A stretch of 57,780 bases of DNA, taken from Nitrospinota bacterium. GTDB taxonomy: Bacteria > UBA8248. The stretch is from positions 1 through 57,780 of the forward strand of contig JAZAHK010000033.1 of NCBI GenBank assembly GCA_036231405.1. The letters are read 5' to 3'. Each line of letters opens with the position of its first letter. Position 1 is the first letter of the stretch. Positions 41,547 through 50,682 of the stretch are shown piece by piece. The position numbers and the translations under genes were made by a program. The notes under the pieces were generated by a model. The model ran no database searches. It saw only the letters and a list, made by a program, of their open reading frames with translations, and was not told where the DNA came from.

Positions 41547-41765
41547 ATGGAAAATTCTCCAGATGAAATAATTGGTGAATTTCAATCGGTAATTTTAGAA
41601 TGCGGAGAAGGCGCAGGTCCTTTCGGAGCTAAAGGGGTAGGAGAACCACCAAGCAATAATGCCCCGGCATCTGTCGCGATCGCCGTTAGTAACGCTATAG
41701 AAATGGAGATTCTTGAACTTCCTATTACACCGGAAAGTGTGTTGAACGCGATACAGAGAACATAA
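41547..41765 (+). pseudogene. Chimeric fragment: C-terminus of a xanthine dehydrogenase/CoxL-family Mo-binding subunit fused to 11 codons shared with the neighbouring gene
   Basis: GPFGAKGVGEP...AVSNAI...ELPITPESV matches the molybdo-hydroxylase C-terminus; N-terminal ENSPDEIIGEF is identical to a stretch of 41792..42811. Confidence 0.75.
41550..41583 (+). repeat. Left copy of a perfect 34-bp inverted repeat
   Basis: GAAAATTCTCCAGATGAAATAATTGGTGAATTTC. Confidence 0.95.
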
Positions 41766-41791
41766 AATATTTATGTTAAAATGTTTTATTT

Positions 41792-42811
41792 TTAAAATTT
41801 TTTTGAAACCGCACGACTTGTGCCATTCCAACCATTCATTACAGCAGACATTGGACCTGGAATACCTCCAGCCACAATTATGAACAATCTTTCGGGGTCT
41901 TTTACGGAAGGAACAAAAAAATTATCATCTTCTAGATCAACATTAATAGACCAAGACTTTATACGAGATACGTTATAACGACCCGTATTTTTAATACTTG
42001 CTAGAGGCCTCCCAGCTGTTTCTAATAAAATTTCCTTCACATTTGCTTTAGAAAGCCCGGCATCAGAGCAGATTTTAGCCTGCTGAGGTGAAAAAATAAC
42101 TATTTGATCAGTATCACCGCAAATATTCATAGCTCCAAGGTGAGACATTGTATCAGCAACACTTTTTAATAAAGGTTCGGGCTCCTTACTCATATCATCC
42201 CATACGGTGGTGGGGCTTTCTGCAGCAATTGCAGTCACCACATTTTCTTTTTCCGAAAATCCAAGGGTAACAGACAAAGGTTCCCAAGGACTTTCTGCTT
42301 CATTTTCTGCTATACAAAAAGTATATCTTGAAGAACTAGAAAAAGTACTCATTGTAGAAATTCCAGGTATTCCTGAGCCTAAATTCATCATCATTAGTCG
42401 TATTGCTCTGCCAATCGTAGCGTTTGCCCTAAACCCAGGTCCAAAGCAACCAAGTCCGCCATTTAAACCTATCTCGCTTGCACAGGAACCATTTACAAGC
42501 AAAAAAGGTGCAGCGGGAGAAAGAGTCGCTTGGAGACCATTTAAATTGAACTTTTCCATTAAAATTGCACGAACCGAAATGAGCAATAAATTCATATACT
42601 CTGGTTTACAGCCTGCCATTACGCCATGTACTGCTACCGAATAAATGGATACGCTTGTATAAGCTGGGGGAAATTCACCAATTATTTCATCTGGAGAATT
42701 TTCTATGGAAGAAAGTAATAAAGAAATTTTTTCTTCTGTTGGAGGAATAATCGGCAAACCATCCGACCATTCTTTTTCGAAAAAAAACTCAAATTCATCT
42801 GAAGGAGCCAT
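41792..42811 (-). CDS. Conserved hypothetical protein, probable partner of the UGSC protein; start ATG 42811
   Basis: WSDGLPIIPPT, AV.GVMAGC.PEY, GPGFRANATIGRAIRL, AENEAESPW, IVAGG; association with UGSC proteins is from recall. Confidence 0.8.
   Translation of the reverse strand: MAPSDEFEFFFEKEWSDGLPIIPPTEEKISLLLSSIENSPDEIIGEFPPAYTSVSIYSVAVHGVMAGCKPEYMNLLLISVRAILMEKFNLNGLQATLSPAAPFLLVNGSCASEIGLNGGLGCFGPGFRANATIGRAIRLMMMNLGSGIPGISTMSTFSSSSRYTFCIAENEAESPWEPLSVTLGFSEKENVVTAIAAESPTTVWDDMSKEPEPLLKSVADTMSHLGAMNICGDTDQIVIFSPQQAKICSDAGLSKANVKEILLETAGRPLASIKNTGRYNVSRIKSWSINVDLEDDNFFVPSVKDPERLFIIVAGGIPGPMSAVMNGWNGTSRAVSKKF
42670..42703 (-). repeat. Right copy of the 34-bp inverted repeat, inside the CDS
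   Basis: GAAATTCACCAATTATTTCATCTGGAGAATTTTC is the exact reverse complement of 41550-41583. Confidence 0.95.
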
Positions 42812-42837
42812 AAAAATTCTTTTATGATAGATTGAAC

Positions 42838-43065
42838 CTATCTTCTTCTTACGACAATCCAAGAAAGTATAGCCAAAGTGAATAAGCCAACAAGATTGTT
42901 CTTTCCTATTACTTTCAAAACCTGCTCTAAATTTCCCACAACATCAAAACCAACAAATGAGAAATCTTTTCCGAAAATGACTTGAAGGACAATTGCAATT
43001 CCTGCAATCAAAACTCCAACTTCAAGAATATCCTTTAAATACCTTTTTAGTTGATTGAGAAACAT
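42838..43065 (-). CDS. Small membrane protein (75 aa), paralog of 43205..43432
   Basis: AIVLQ.IFGK..SF.G.DV.GN...LVGL shared with the neighbour; SD GGAG. Confidence 0.8.
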   Translation of the reverse strand: MFLNQLKRYLKDILEVGVLIAGIAIVLQVIFGKDFSFVGFDVVGNLEQVLKVIGKNNLVGLFTLAILSWIVVRRR

Positions 43066-43153
43066 ATCTCTCTCCCGATATCAATCAAAACGAAAAATAG
43101 TTATTTTTCGACTACAAAAACTCCTTGTAAAACATAAACATCATATAACAAAA

Positions 43154-43182
43154 ATCCCCGCCACAAAACCTATGGCGGGGAT
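43154..43182 (-). terminator. Rho-independent terminator between the two small paralogs
   Basis: 10-bp stem ATCCCCGCCA/TGGCGGGGAT plus TTTTGT on the minus strand. Confidence 0.8.
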
Positions 43183-43204
43183 CTTGTTCTTCTGGTTCCG
43201 AAGC

Positions 43205-43432
43205 CTAGCTTCTGCTTCTTACAAGCCAGATAAGCGTACCAATTGTTACTAATCCGACCAATCCAGCGTTTCCTAAATCACCTACAATTTTTGTTATATT
43301 ACCTATTACATCGGCTCCAATGAATGCGACTTGTTTCCCAAAAACAAGCTGTAGGACAATTGCTAATCCTGCAAGTCCTAAACCTACATCCACGAGATCC
43401 TTAATCCAACCTTTCACTCGATCCAGCATCAT
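43205..43432 (-). CDS. Small membrane protein (75 aa)
   Basis: Strong SD AAGGAGGAG, own terminator, two hydrophobic helices. Confidence 0.85.
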   Translation of the reverse strand: MMLDRVKGWIKDLVDVGLGLAGLAIVLQLVFGKQVAFIGADVIGNITKIVGDLGNAGLVGLVTIGTLIWLVRSRS

Positions 43433-43702
43433 TCCAACTCCTCCTTCAAGTACGGGCGATAAAACAAAGGTACTACCATTAACATGGGGCGTAAATTCAA
43501 TCTTTATCTTGGGGATAAAAGGTAACTAGGTTAAAACTGAGCGGGTTAAGAAATACTCAAACTTACTATACAGTCATTATAAAAATTATTTTTATCTCTT
43601 ACGCAAGTAAAAACTTCGATATTTTTGCATTATTTATATTATGAGGTTGTTTTTATTGCTTTTTTCAAATTATTTAAAAAAAATATGATGATTTTATGCA
43701 AA

Positions 43703-44158
43703 TTAAAGTGAATTGAAGACTTCTTTAGCGTGGCCTTTTACTTTCACATTCTCAAAAACTTTAACTATAATACCTGCATCATCAATTATAAAAGTAGTTC
43801 TAAAAACACTTTTAAACTTTCTCCCATACATATTCTTTTCTCCGTAAACACCGTATTTACTTGCTATTAAAGCATCCGGATCTGCCAATAAGTGAAAGTT
43901 CAACTCCAGTTTTTCACTAAATAGCTTATGACTGACTTCATTATCAGGACTTACGCCTAAGATAATCGCCCCTTTTTTCTCAACTTTTTTTAATATTTTA
44001 TTAAACTCCTGAGCTTCAACCGTACAACCAGGCGTATTATCTTTTGGATAAAAATACAAGACAATTTTTTTTCCCTTATACCTGGAAAGCTTTTGAATTT
44101 TTCCATACTGATCCCTAAGCGTAAAGGCCGGAGCTTTGCTTTTTTGCTTTAAAACCAA
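43703..44158 (-). CDS. bcp: Peroxiredoxin BCP/PrxQ (1-Cys type); start TTG 44158
   Basis: VLYFYPKDNTPGCTVEA, GVSPD, RTTFIID, VKVKGHA; SD AGGAG. Confidence 0.92.
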   Translation of the reverse strand: MVLKQKSKAPAFTLRDQYGKIQKLSRYKGKKIVLYFYPKDNTPGCTVEAQEFNKILKKVEKKGAIILGVSPDNEVSHKLFSEKLELNFHLLADPDALIASKYGVYGEKNMYGRKFKSVFRTTFIIDDAGIIVKVFENVKVKGHAKEVFNSL

Positions 44159-44250
44159 GGGATTTCTCCTTAAATTTTTATGATTGGACTCACAACTTAA
44201 GGCTAACACGAAGAAAATGTTTGTTCAAGAACAGAATATTTGAGCGTAGA

Positions 44251-45093
44251 TCAGTTACCCCAATCTCGTGAATAACGAAAATCTCTATCTATAGTTCGTG
44301 GGCCAATTTTTGCGATAAGAGGAAGTCTTCTTTTATATTGGCTAACCATTATCAGTCTTGAAATTCCGCGGACTAAATTTTCATCAAAACCATCATCGAT
44401 CAAATCCTGGACTGAAAATCTGCAGTCAACAAGGTTATATAAGACGGAATCTGCTTCATCATAACTATAACCTAGCTCTTGTTCGTCAGTTTGTCCCGCC
44501 CATAAATCGGCACTTGGAGCCTTTTCCACAACTTGTGAAGGAACACCAATATATCTAGATAGTTGCCTAACCTGAGTTTTAAAAAGATCTCCTAATGGAT
44601 TAAGAGCACTAGCCATGTCTCCAAATAGTGTCCCATAACCCAACAATAATTCTGTTTTATTCGAAGTGCCCACAACTAAGGCATCTAACATTGCAGAATG
44701 GTCATACAAAATAGTCATTCTTTCTCGAGCCATTTTATTCCCTTTTCTTAATTCACTTGCGTCTTTATAGCGTTCGAAATATGCATCAACTTGTGGAGAA
44801 ATATCAACAACCTTGATTTTAATTCCGCAAGCCTTAGCAACTGCCCTAGCATCTTCTTCGCTTTTTGGATTTGAAAGCCTGTAAGGCATAATGACTCCGG
44901 TCACGTTTTCTGATCCCATAGCTTTAGCAGCTAAGAAAGCAGACAAGGAACTGTCTATTCCTCCAGATAGTCCCAAAACTGATTTTTTTACGCCTACCTT
45001 TGAAATTTCATCACGTAAAAAACCTACTAGCAAACTGATAGTTTTGGGTTCATTAATATGTAATTTCCCTAAAACTTCATAAAACATTTTCAA
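44251..45093 (-). CDS. nadE: NAD+ synthetase (synthetase subunit)
   Basis: [38 protein letters not shown]. Confidence 0.95.
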   Translation of the reverse strand: MKMFYEVLGKLHINEPKTISLLVGFLRDEISKVGVKKSVLGLSGGIDSSLSAFLAAKAMGSENVTGVIMPYRLSNPKSEEDARAVAKACGIKIKVVDISPQVDAYFERYKDASELRKGNKMARERMTILYDHSAMLDALVVGTSNKTELLLGYGTLFGDMASALNPLGDLFKTQVRQLSRYIGVPSQVVEKAPSADLWAGQTDEQELGYSYDEADSVLYNLVDCRFSVQDLIDDGFDENLVRGISRLIMVSQYKRRLPLIAKIGPRTIDRDFRYSRDWGN

Positions 45094-45225
45094 ATCCTGT
45101 TCAAATTTTTGGCTAACAACTTAAAAACTGCATTCTCATGTTACTTGACCTCAATGTAAAGATAAAGTTAACTTTGCCCTATATAAATTTAAAAAAAAAA
45201 TTTACTTGTAGAGGAAAGTCGCTCA

Positions 45226-45804
45226 ATGCCACCTAAGTTCAGAAGTTTACAACATTTAGCCTTGAAAGTTAGAGATATTAAAAAATCGTTAAAATTTTAC
45301 TGTGACATTTTAGGATTTAAGACAACCGAGGGACACCGTTTAGATGAAGAAAAAGGATACCAAGACTCAAACAACTTTATTACATGCTCAAACAAACATC
45401 ACGTAATAAATCTCGTACAAATATCAAACGAACATAAACCTCAAAAAACCGGTACTCCTTCTAATTCAAGAGATACTCCTGTTTATGGACTTCATCATTT
45501 TGCATTTGAAGTGGAAAATAAAATTGAATTTGAAAAATGGAAAAAACACCTTATAGACAATAAAGTAAAAATAGTGAAAGGGCCTCTGGTTCATAGCCCA
45601 ACCCATCCAGAAGGAGACGGTTCTTGGGGTGAAAATAGAGCTTTGTATTTTTGTGATCCAGACGGAAATGCAATAGAAATTTTTTGTGATATGGCTGATA
45701 TAAACTTTAAAAACCATGAAATTGATGATCAATGGTTTAGGCAGAGAATAGAAAAAGATGGTTTTGATCCTACGAAAATTTCCAAGCCAAATTTAAATGC
45801 TTAA
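45226..45804 (+). CDS. VOC family protein (extradiol dioxygenase/glyoxalase-like)
   Basis: LQHLALKVRD, GLHHFAF, YFCDPDGNAIE. Confidence 0.88.
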   Translation: MPPKFRSLQHLALKVRDIKKSLKFYCDILGFKTTEGHRLDEEKGYQDSNNFITCSNKHHVINLVQISNEHKPQKTGTPSNSRDTPVYGLHHFAFEVENKIEFEKWKKHLIDNKVKIVKGPLVHSPTHPEGDGSWGENRALYFCDPDGNAIEIFCDMADINFKNHEIDDQWFRQRIEKDGFDPTKISKPNLNA

Positions 45805-46661
45805 TTTTTTTTTGAGGACTGAATCCTGTTAAACTCCCTTTGAAATAACAGGATTTTTTCATCTCTAAAAGTGGGAGATGCAATTCGTGAACGTCTTATA
45901 TCCCTTGTGTCAATCTCCGCAGTATAGATAGATGCTCGAGAGCGAGAACCCTTTTTAAGGATTTCTCCTTCAGGTGAAATAATTTGAGAGCCCCCCCAAA
46001 AGTTAACTCCATCTTCATATCCAACTCGATTTGAAAAAACAACAAATTGATTATAGGTAATTGAATATGTAGCAAGTATAGATTCCCAAGTTCTTTCTAT
46101 TGTTGATTTAGGTTTTAATTTGGCCTGACTAGTTCCTCTAAATGGACTTGACGAGGGGACAATTAAAAAATCTGCGCCGTCTTGGGAAGCAAGAAAGGCA
46201 AGACTTGGGTGCCAAGCATCTTCGCATATTAAAATTGCAACTCGTCCAAGGTTTGTATCAAACGCCTTTATTCTTTGACCTGAACCAAAATACCTGCTTT
46301 CATCAAACATTCCATAAGTAGGCAGGTAAATTTTTCTATGCACATAAACTAATTTTTCATTTTCAAAGTAAGCAGCAGAATTATAAAAAACGTGCCTTGA
46401 CGATTCTTCAACAAAACCCAGTACAATAGAAATTCCTTTGCTTAAAGAAGCAATTTTACGAAGTAATTTTGAATTCTTTTTTTGCGAAACATCCGGAACA
46501 AAATCTTTGAGAAAATACCCAGTCAGTGCAAGTTCTGGAAAAACTAATAGTTTAATATTTTTCTTTTTAGCGATTTTTACCTGGGCTTCTATTAATTTTA
46601 AATTTGATTCAACATCACCTAGGAATGGTTTTATTTGAGCATTAGCAACTAAAATCTTCAC
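45801..46661 (-). CDS. Nitrilase-family C-N hydrolase, likely the glutaminase subunit for NadE
   Basis: FPELALTGY, HRKIYLPTYGMFDE.RYF, ICEDAWH, NRVG.EDG..FWGGS. Confidence 0.88.
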   Translation of the reverse strand: MKILVANAQIKPFLGDVESNLKLIEAQVKIAKKKNIKLLVFPELALTGYFLKDFVPDVSQKKNSKLLRKIASLSKGISIVLGFVEESSRHVFYNSAAYFENEKLVYVHRKIYLPTYGMFDESRYFGSGQRIKAFDTNLGRVAILICEDAWHPSLAFLASQDGADFLIVPSSSPFRGTSQAKLKPKSTIERTWESILATYSITYNQFVVFSNRVGYEDGVNFWGGSQIISPEGEILKKGSRSRASIYTAEIDTRDIRRSRIASPTFRDEKILLFQREFNRIQSSKKN

Positions 46662-46765
46662 AAAATTCTCCGATGATAAGGTAAAAACTATTCATATCCA
46701 AAAAAAACAATTCTAATAGATAGGCGTAGAGATTAAAAAGAAAGAAAGAAATTTTATTAAAAAAG

Positions 46766-47677
46766 CTATGAAAGTATTTTTTGAACAATTCCTTCAAGCG
46801 TCTCTTTTGAATAATACTCAATTACTAAAGAACCCTTATTTTCGTTTCCTTTAAGCGCTACTTTTGTACCTAAACTTGTTCGAATTTTTTCAACCATATC
46901 TCCAATAAAAAGATCACTACTTGAACTTGTAAATTTTTTATCTGTAGCTGAATTAATTGATTTATTTGACGATTTTCTAATAAATTTCTTGATTTCAGAT
47001 TCTAGTTGCCTAACTGACAGTTTATTAACAATTGCTTTTACGCTAAAGTCTAAAATTTGACCATCTGTCTTCAAAGAAAGTAAAGCTCTGGCATGGCCCA
47101 TAGAATGTGATCCTTCTGCAACCCTTTCTTGTACTAATTTTGGCAACTTTAGTAAACGTATGTAATTTGCAACAGTTGAACGATCTTTCCCAACACGATC
47201 AGCAATTTCTTCTTGAGTTAAGTCATATTTTATCATTAAATTTTCATAGGCTTTTGACTCTTCTATTGGATTTAAATCTGTTCTTTGTAGATTTTCTATA
47301 ATTGCCACTTCTAGCGTTTCTTTTTCTTGTATATTAGTAAAAATAGCTGGAATTTTTTCAAGTTCGGCTATTTGTGCAGCACGCCACCTTCTTTCCCCAG
47401 CTACAATTTCGTATTTATCTTCATTTATCTTTTTTAAGAGTATAGGTTGTATTATCCCGTGATTTGATACTGAATTAGCCAAGTTATTCAAATCTTCATC
47501 ATTAAATCTCTCTCGAGGCTGATGTTTTCCTGGCTGTATTTTTTGTAAAGAAATTTCCTGGACAAGGTTTAAATTTTTATTGTGATCACTTTCGGGTAAT
47601 TGAGTTGAAACATTTCCATCAGACTTTGAAACAGACAAAAGTGCATCCAAACCTCTACCTAAAGCTTTTTTCGCCAT
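46766..47677 (-). CDS. parB: Chromosome partitioning protein ParB
   Basis: LGRGLDALL, QPR, IVAGERRWRA, IENLQRTDLNPIEE, HTH. Confidence 0.95.
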   Translation of the reverse strand: MAKKALGRGLDALLSVSKSDGNVSTQLPESDHNKNLNLVQEISLQKIQPGKHQPRERFNDEDLNNLANSVSNHGIIQPILLKKINEDKYEIVAGERRWRAAQIAELEKIPAIFTNIQEKETLEVAIIENLQRTDLNPIEESKAYENLMIKYDLTQEEIADRVGKDRSTVANYIRLLKLPKLVQERVAEGSHSMGHARALLSLKTDGQILDFSVKAIVNKLSVRQLESEIKKFIRKSSNKSINSATDKKFTSSSSDLFIGDMVEKIRTSLGTKVALKGNENKGSLVIEYYSKETLEGIVQKILS

Positions 47678-48550
47678 TTATTCGCCCTCTCTATGACTTA
47701 GTCTTTTCAAGAACTCTTCTGCGAGCAGAACATATGCTTTTGCTCCCTGCGATGAAGGATCATATGAAATAACAGGAACTCCATGACTAGGCGCTTCAGC
47801 TAATTTAATATTCCTTGGAATTTTTATATCATAAAGCAAATTTGAAACATGACTCTTTACCTCATCTGATACTTGTTTTGAAAGATTTGTCCTTGTGTCA
47901 TACATTGTAAGTATTATGCCACCAATTTGAGGTTTTTTTGAAAAATCGTTTGAAAGAGATATTCTTTTTATAGTATTCATTAAACGTGCTAAACCTTCTA
48001 GGGCAAAGTATTCAGCCTGCATTGGAATTAAAAGTTCATCGGAAGCATTGAAGGCATTTAAGGTTAAGAAACCAAGTGATGGTGGACAATCTACTATAAT
48101 AAAATCAAAATCTTTTTCAAAAAAATTTAAAACTCTTTGTAACCTTCCAATTCTATTAAATACATCTGCTAGTTCCACTTCTGCTCCTGCTAGATCTGAT
48201 GTCGAAGGAATTATCTTAAGCCCTTTTATATCAGTATTTTCTGCAATGTCTGGATCTGGAATATCTTCATTTATTAAAAGATTATATAAGCTACTTTCAT
48301 CGCAATTTGAACCCAATGAACTCGTAGCATTAGACTGAGGATCTAAATCAATAACGAGTACTTTTTTTCCTTTCTCCGCCAAACAGGCGGAAAGGTTAAC
48401 AGCCGTTGTAGTTTTTCCAACACCACCCTTTTGATTTGCAATTGCGACAACATAACTTTTTACTGGGCTCTCTACATTTCTTTTTTCTAAATTCTCTTCG
48501 TCTTTACTAATTAAGCCCGAGGCTTCCCAAAACTTACGATCGCCAATCAA
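47678..48550 (-). CDS. parA: ParA/Soj ATPase
   Basis: NQKGGVGKTT, DLDPQSNA, DCPPSLG, EYFALEG, LAEAPSHG. Confidence 0.95.
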   Translation of the reverse strand: MIGDRKFWEASGLISKDEENLEKRNVESPVKSYVVAIANQKGGVGKTTTAVNLSACLAEKGKKVLVIDLDPQSNATSSLGSNCDESSLYNLLINEDIPDPDIAENTDIKGLKIIPSTSDLAGAEVELADVFNRIGRLQRVLNFFEKDFDFIIVDCPPSLGFLTLNAFNASDELLIPMQAEYFALEGLARLMNTIKRISLSNDFSKKPQIGGIILTMYDTRTNLSKQVSDEVKSHVSNLLYDIKIPRNIKLAEAPSHGVPVISYDPSSQGAKAYVLLAEEFLKRLSHREGE

Positions 48551-48649
48551 TTAAAGTTCCTTTTAATCTTTAACTAATATTTTAATAAGAAATTAAATAA
48601 ATAAATTCTATATAAATATCAAATTTCAGTAACAGTATATCAATATTTT

Positions 48650-48665
48650 TGTTCCACGTGGAACA
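48650..48665. promoter_or_regulatory. parS site 1
   Basis: Perfect palindrome TGTTCCACGTGGAACA matching the parS consensus. Confidence 0.92.
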
Positions 48666-48685
48666 AAATAAAAAGCATTTTTTTA

Positions 48686-48701
48686 TGTTTCACGTGGAAC
48701 T
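48686..48701. promoter_or_regulatory. parS site 2
   Basis: TGTTTCACGTGGAACT. Confidence 0.88.
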
Positions 48702-48722
48702 ACTTTACCAATGAGGCGTAAT

Positions 48723-50636
48723 TTAAGGAGTTTTAACTTCTTTTGATTGACTGGAAAATCTTTTTAAGTAAACTTCCAAAACTGCTATTGCGGCAGGTGT
48801 AACACCTGAAACACGGCTTGCCTGACCAAGGCTCTTTGGCCTAACCTGGCTTAACCTCTGCCTAACCTCAGCGGTCAGATGTGTTACATTGTCGTAGGAA
48901 ATCGTTTTAGGTATAGGAATTTTGTCTGCAGATCTTAACCTAATTACTTGTTGTTCTTCTCTTTGAAAGTACTCTTTATATTTTACTTCTGCCGATACAT
49001 ATCTTCTTGCTTCCATGTCAAGAGAATCCCACAACTTTCTAAGATTTTCAGTGCCCGACAAATTTAATTCTACTAAATTAGTTAAATTAATTTCCGGCCT
49101 TCTTAAAATTTCAGAAAGTTTGTAAGGCTTTTTAAGGGGAGCACTATTTAATGTCTCGAGCGCTATTTGAACTTCAGTACCAGGAAAAATTTTTGTACTC
49201 TCAAAATAATTAAGTACCTCTGAAGTTCTTTTCTTTTTTTGAAGGAAATAATTATAACTAGCAGCATTCACCACACCCGCTTTATAGCCCAACTCACATA
49301 GTCTATAATCAGCATTATCATGTCTCAAGAGAAGCCTATGCTCAGCTCTACTAGTAAACATTCTATAAGGCTCAACTGTACCTTTTGTAATCAAATCATC
49401 AATCAAAACGCCTATGTAAGCATCATCTCTGTCTAAAAAAAACGGAGATTCTTTATTTACATATCGAGAAGCATTTATTCCTGCAACAATACCTTGAGCA
49501 CCAGCTTCTTCATAACCTGTAGTTCCATTTATTTGGCCTGCATGGAATAAACCATTGATTTTCTTGGTCATAAGTGATGTTTCAAGCTCCATTGGGCACA
49601 CAAAATCATACTCCACTGCGTACCCTGCTCTCATCATTTCAGCTTTTTCTAAGCCTGGAATCGTATGAATTATTTGCATTTGTATATCTACTGGCAGGCT
49701 AGTAGAAAGACCATTCACATAGATCTCGCATGTTTGCAGGCCTTCTGGCTCCAAAAAGATTTGATGCGAAGATTTATCCTCAAATCTCATGACTTTATCT
49801 TCAATGCTGGGGCAATACCTAACCCCTGTCGCATTTATTTGACCATTATACATAGGAGATTTTTCAATATTTTTTCTAATAATAGAATGAGAACTATCGT
49901 TCGTGTAAGTTATCCAACAAGGTAATTGTTCTTGGACAATTTTCTTTGTTCGATACGAAAAAGGAAGGGGGGGAACATCGCCATACTGAGCGTCAAGACC
50001 TTTAAAATCAATGGTTTTTGAATCTAACCTAGGCGGGGTCCCTGTTTTCATCCTTTCTATTTTAAAGCCAAGGTTTATTAGCTGATCCGAAAATTCATTA
50101 GCAGGTCCTTCTCCAGCCCTTCCCCCTTTAATTTGCTTTTCACCATAATGAAGCAGTCCTCTTGTAAAGGTTCCAGGTGTTAAAACAACAGCAGCAGAAT
50201 TAATTTTTTCACCAAATTGAGTTTCAATTCCAGTTATTTGGTTATCTTTAAGAATAAGATTTTTTAACATCCCTTGTTTTAAAACAAGATTTTCTTGATC
50301 TTCGACAAAATGCTTCATATAAAGTCGATACTGCTGTTTATCGGCCTGGGCACGTAGTGCTTGCACCGCAGGACCTTTTTTTGTATTAAGCATTCTGAAC
50401 TGGATTCCAGTTTTATCTGTCGCCTGCGCCATCTCTCCGCCAAGAGTGTCTATCTCCCTAACTAGAACGCCTTTTGCAAGGCCACCAATTGCAGGATTAC
50501 AAGACATGAGGGCAACGGTATCAAGGTTCATCGTTAACAGCATAACATGTGAGCCTCTTCTAGCTGATGCAAGCGCAGCTTCACAGCCAGCATGTCCTGC
50601 GCCAACTACAATTACATCAAAATTATTTTTTTTCAT
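48723..50636 (-). CDS. mnmG: tRNA uridine-5-carboxymethylaminomethyl modification enzyme MnmG
   Basis: [43 protein letters not shown]. Confidence 0.97.
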   Translation of the reverse strand: MKKNNFDVIVVGAGHAGCEAALASARRGSHVMLLTMNLDTVALMSCNPAIGGLAKGVLVREIDTLGGEMAQATDKTGIQFRMLNTKKGPAVQALRAQADKQQYRLYMKHFVEDQENLVLKQGMLKNLILKDNQITGIETQFGEKINSAAVVLTPGTFTRGLLHYGEKQIKGGRAGEGPANEFSDQLINLGFKIERMKTGTPPRLDSKTIDFKGLDAQYGDVPPLPFSYRTKKIVQEQLPCWITYTNDSSHSIIRKNIEKSPMYNGQINATGVRYCPSIEDKVMRFEDKSSHQIFLEPEGLQTCEIYVNGLSTSLPVDIQMQIIHTIPGLEKAEMMRAGYAVEYDFVCPMELETSLMTKKINGLFHAGQINGTTGYEEAGAQGIVAGINASRYVNKESPFFLDRDDAYIGVLIDDLITKGTVEPYRMFTSRAEHRLLLRHDNADYRLCELGYKAGVVNAASYNYFLQKKKRTSEVLNYFESTKIFPGTEVQIALETLNSAPLKKPYKLSEILRRPEINLTNLVELNLSGTENLRKLWDSLDMEARRYVSAEVKYKEYFQREEQQVIRLRSADKIPIPKTISYDNVTHLTAEVRQRLSQVRPKSLGQASRVSGVTPAAIAVLEVYLKRFSSQSKEVKTP

Positions 50637-50682
50637 CTTTCCCTGACATTAATAATTGATTTTGATTTATATCTATACCAGA

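Noticed and set aside
41550-42703. IS element or MITE bounded by the 34-bp inverted repeats
   Set aside because: No transposase, no evident target-site duplication, and one copy is ordinary coding sequence of an intact gene
43703-44209. BCP peroxiredoxin as a fourth selenoprotein
   Set aside because: The active site TPGCT uses a TGT Cys codon; no in-frame TGA
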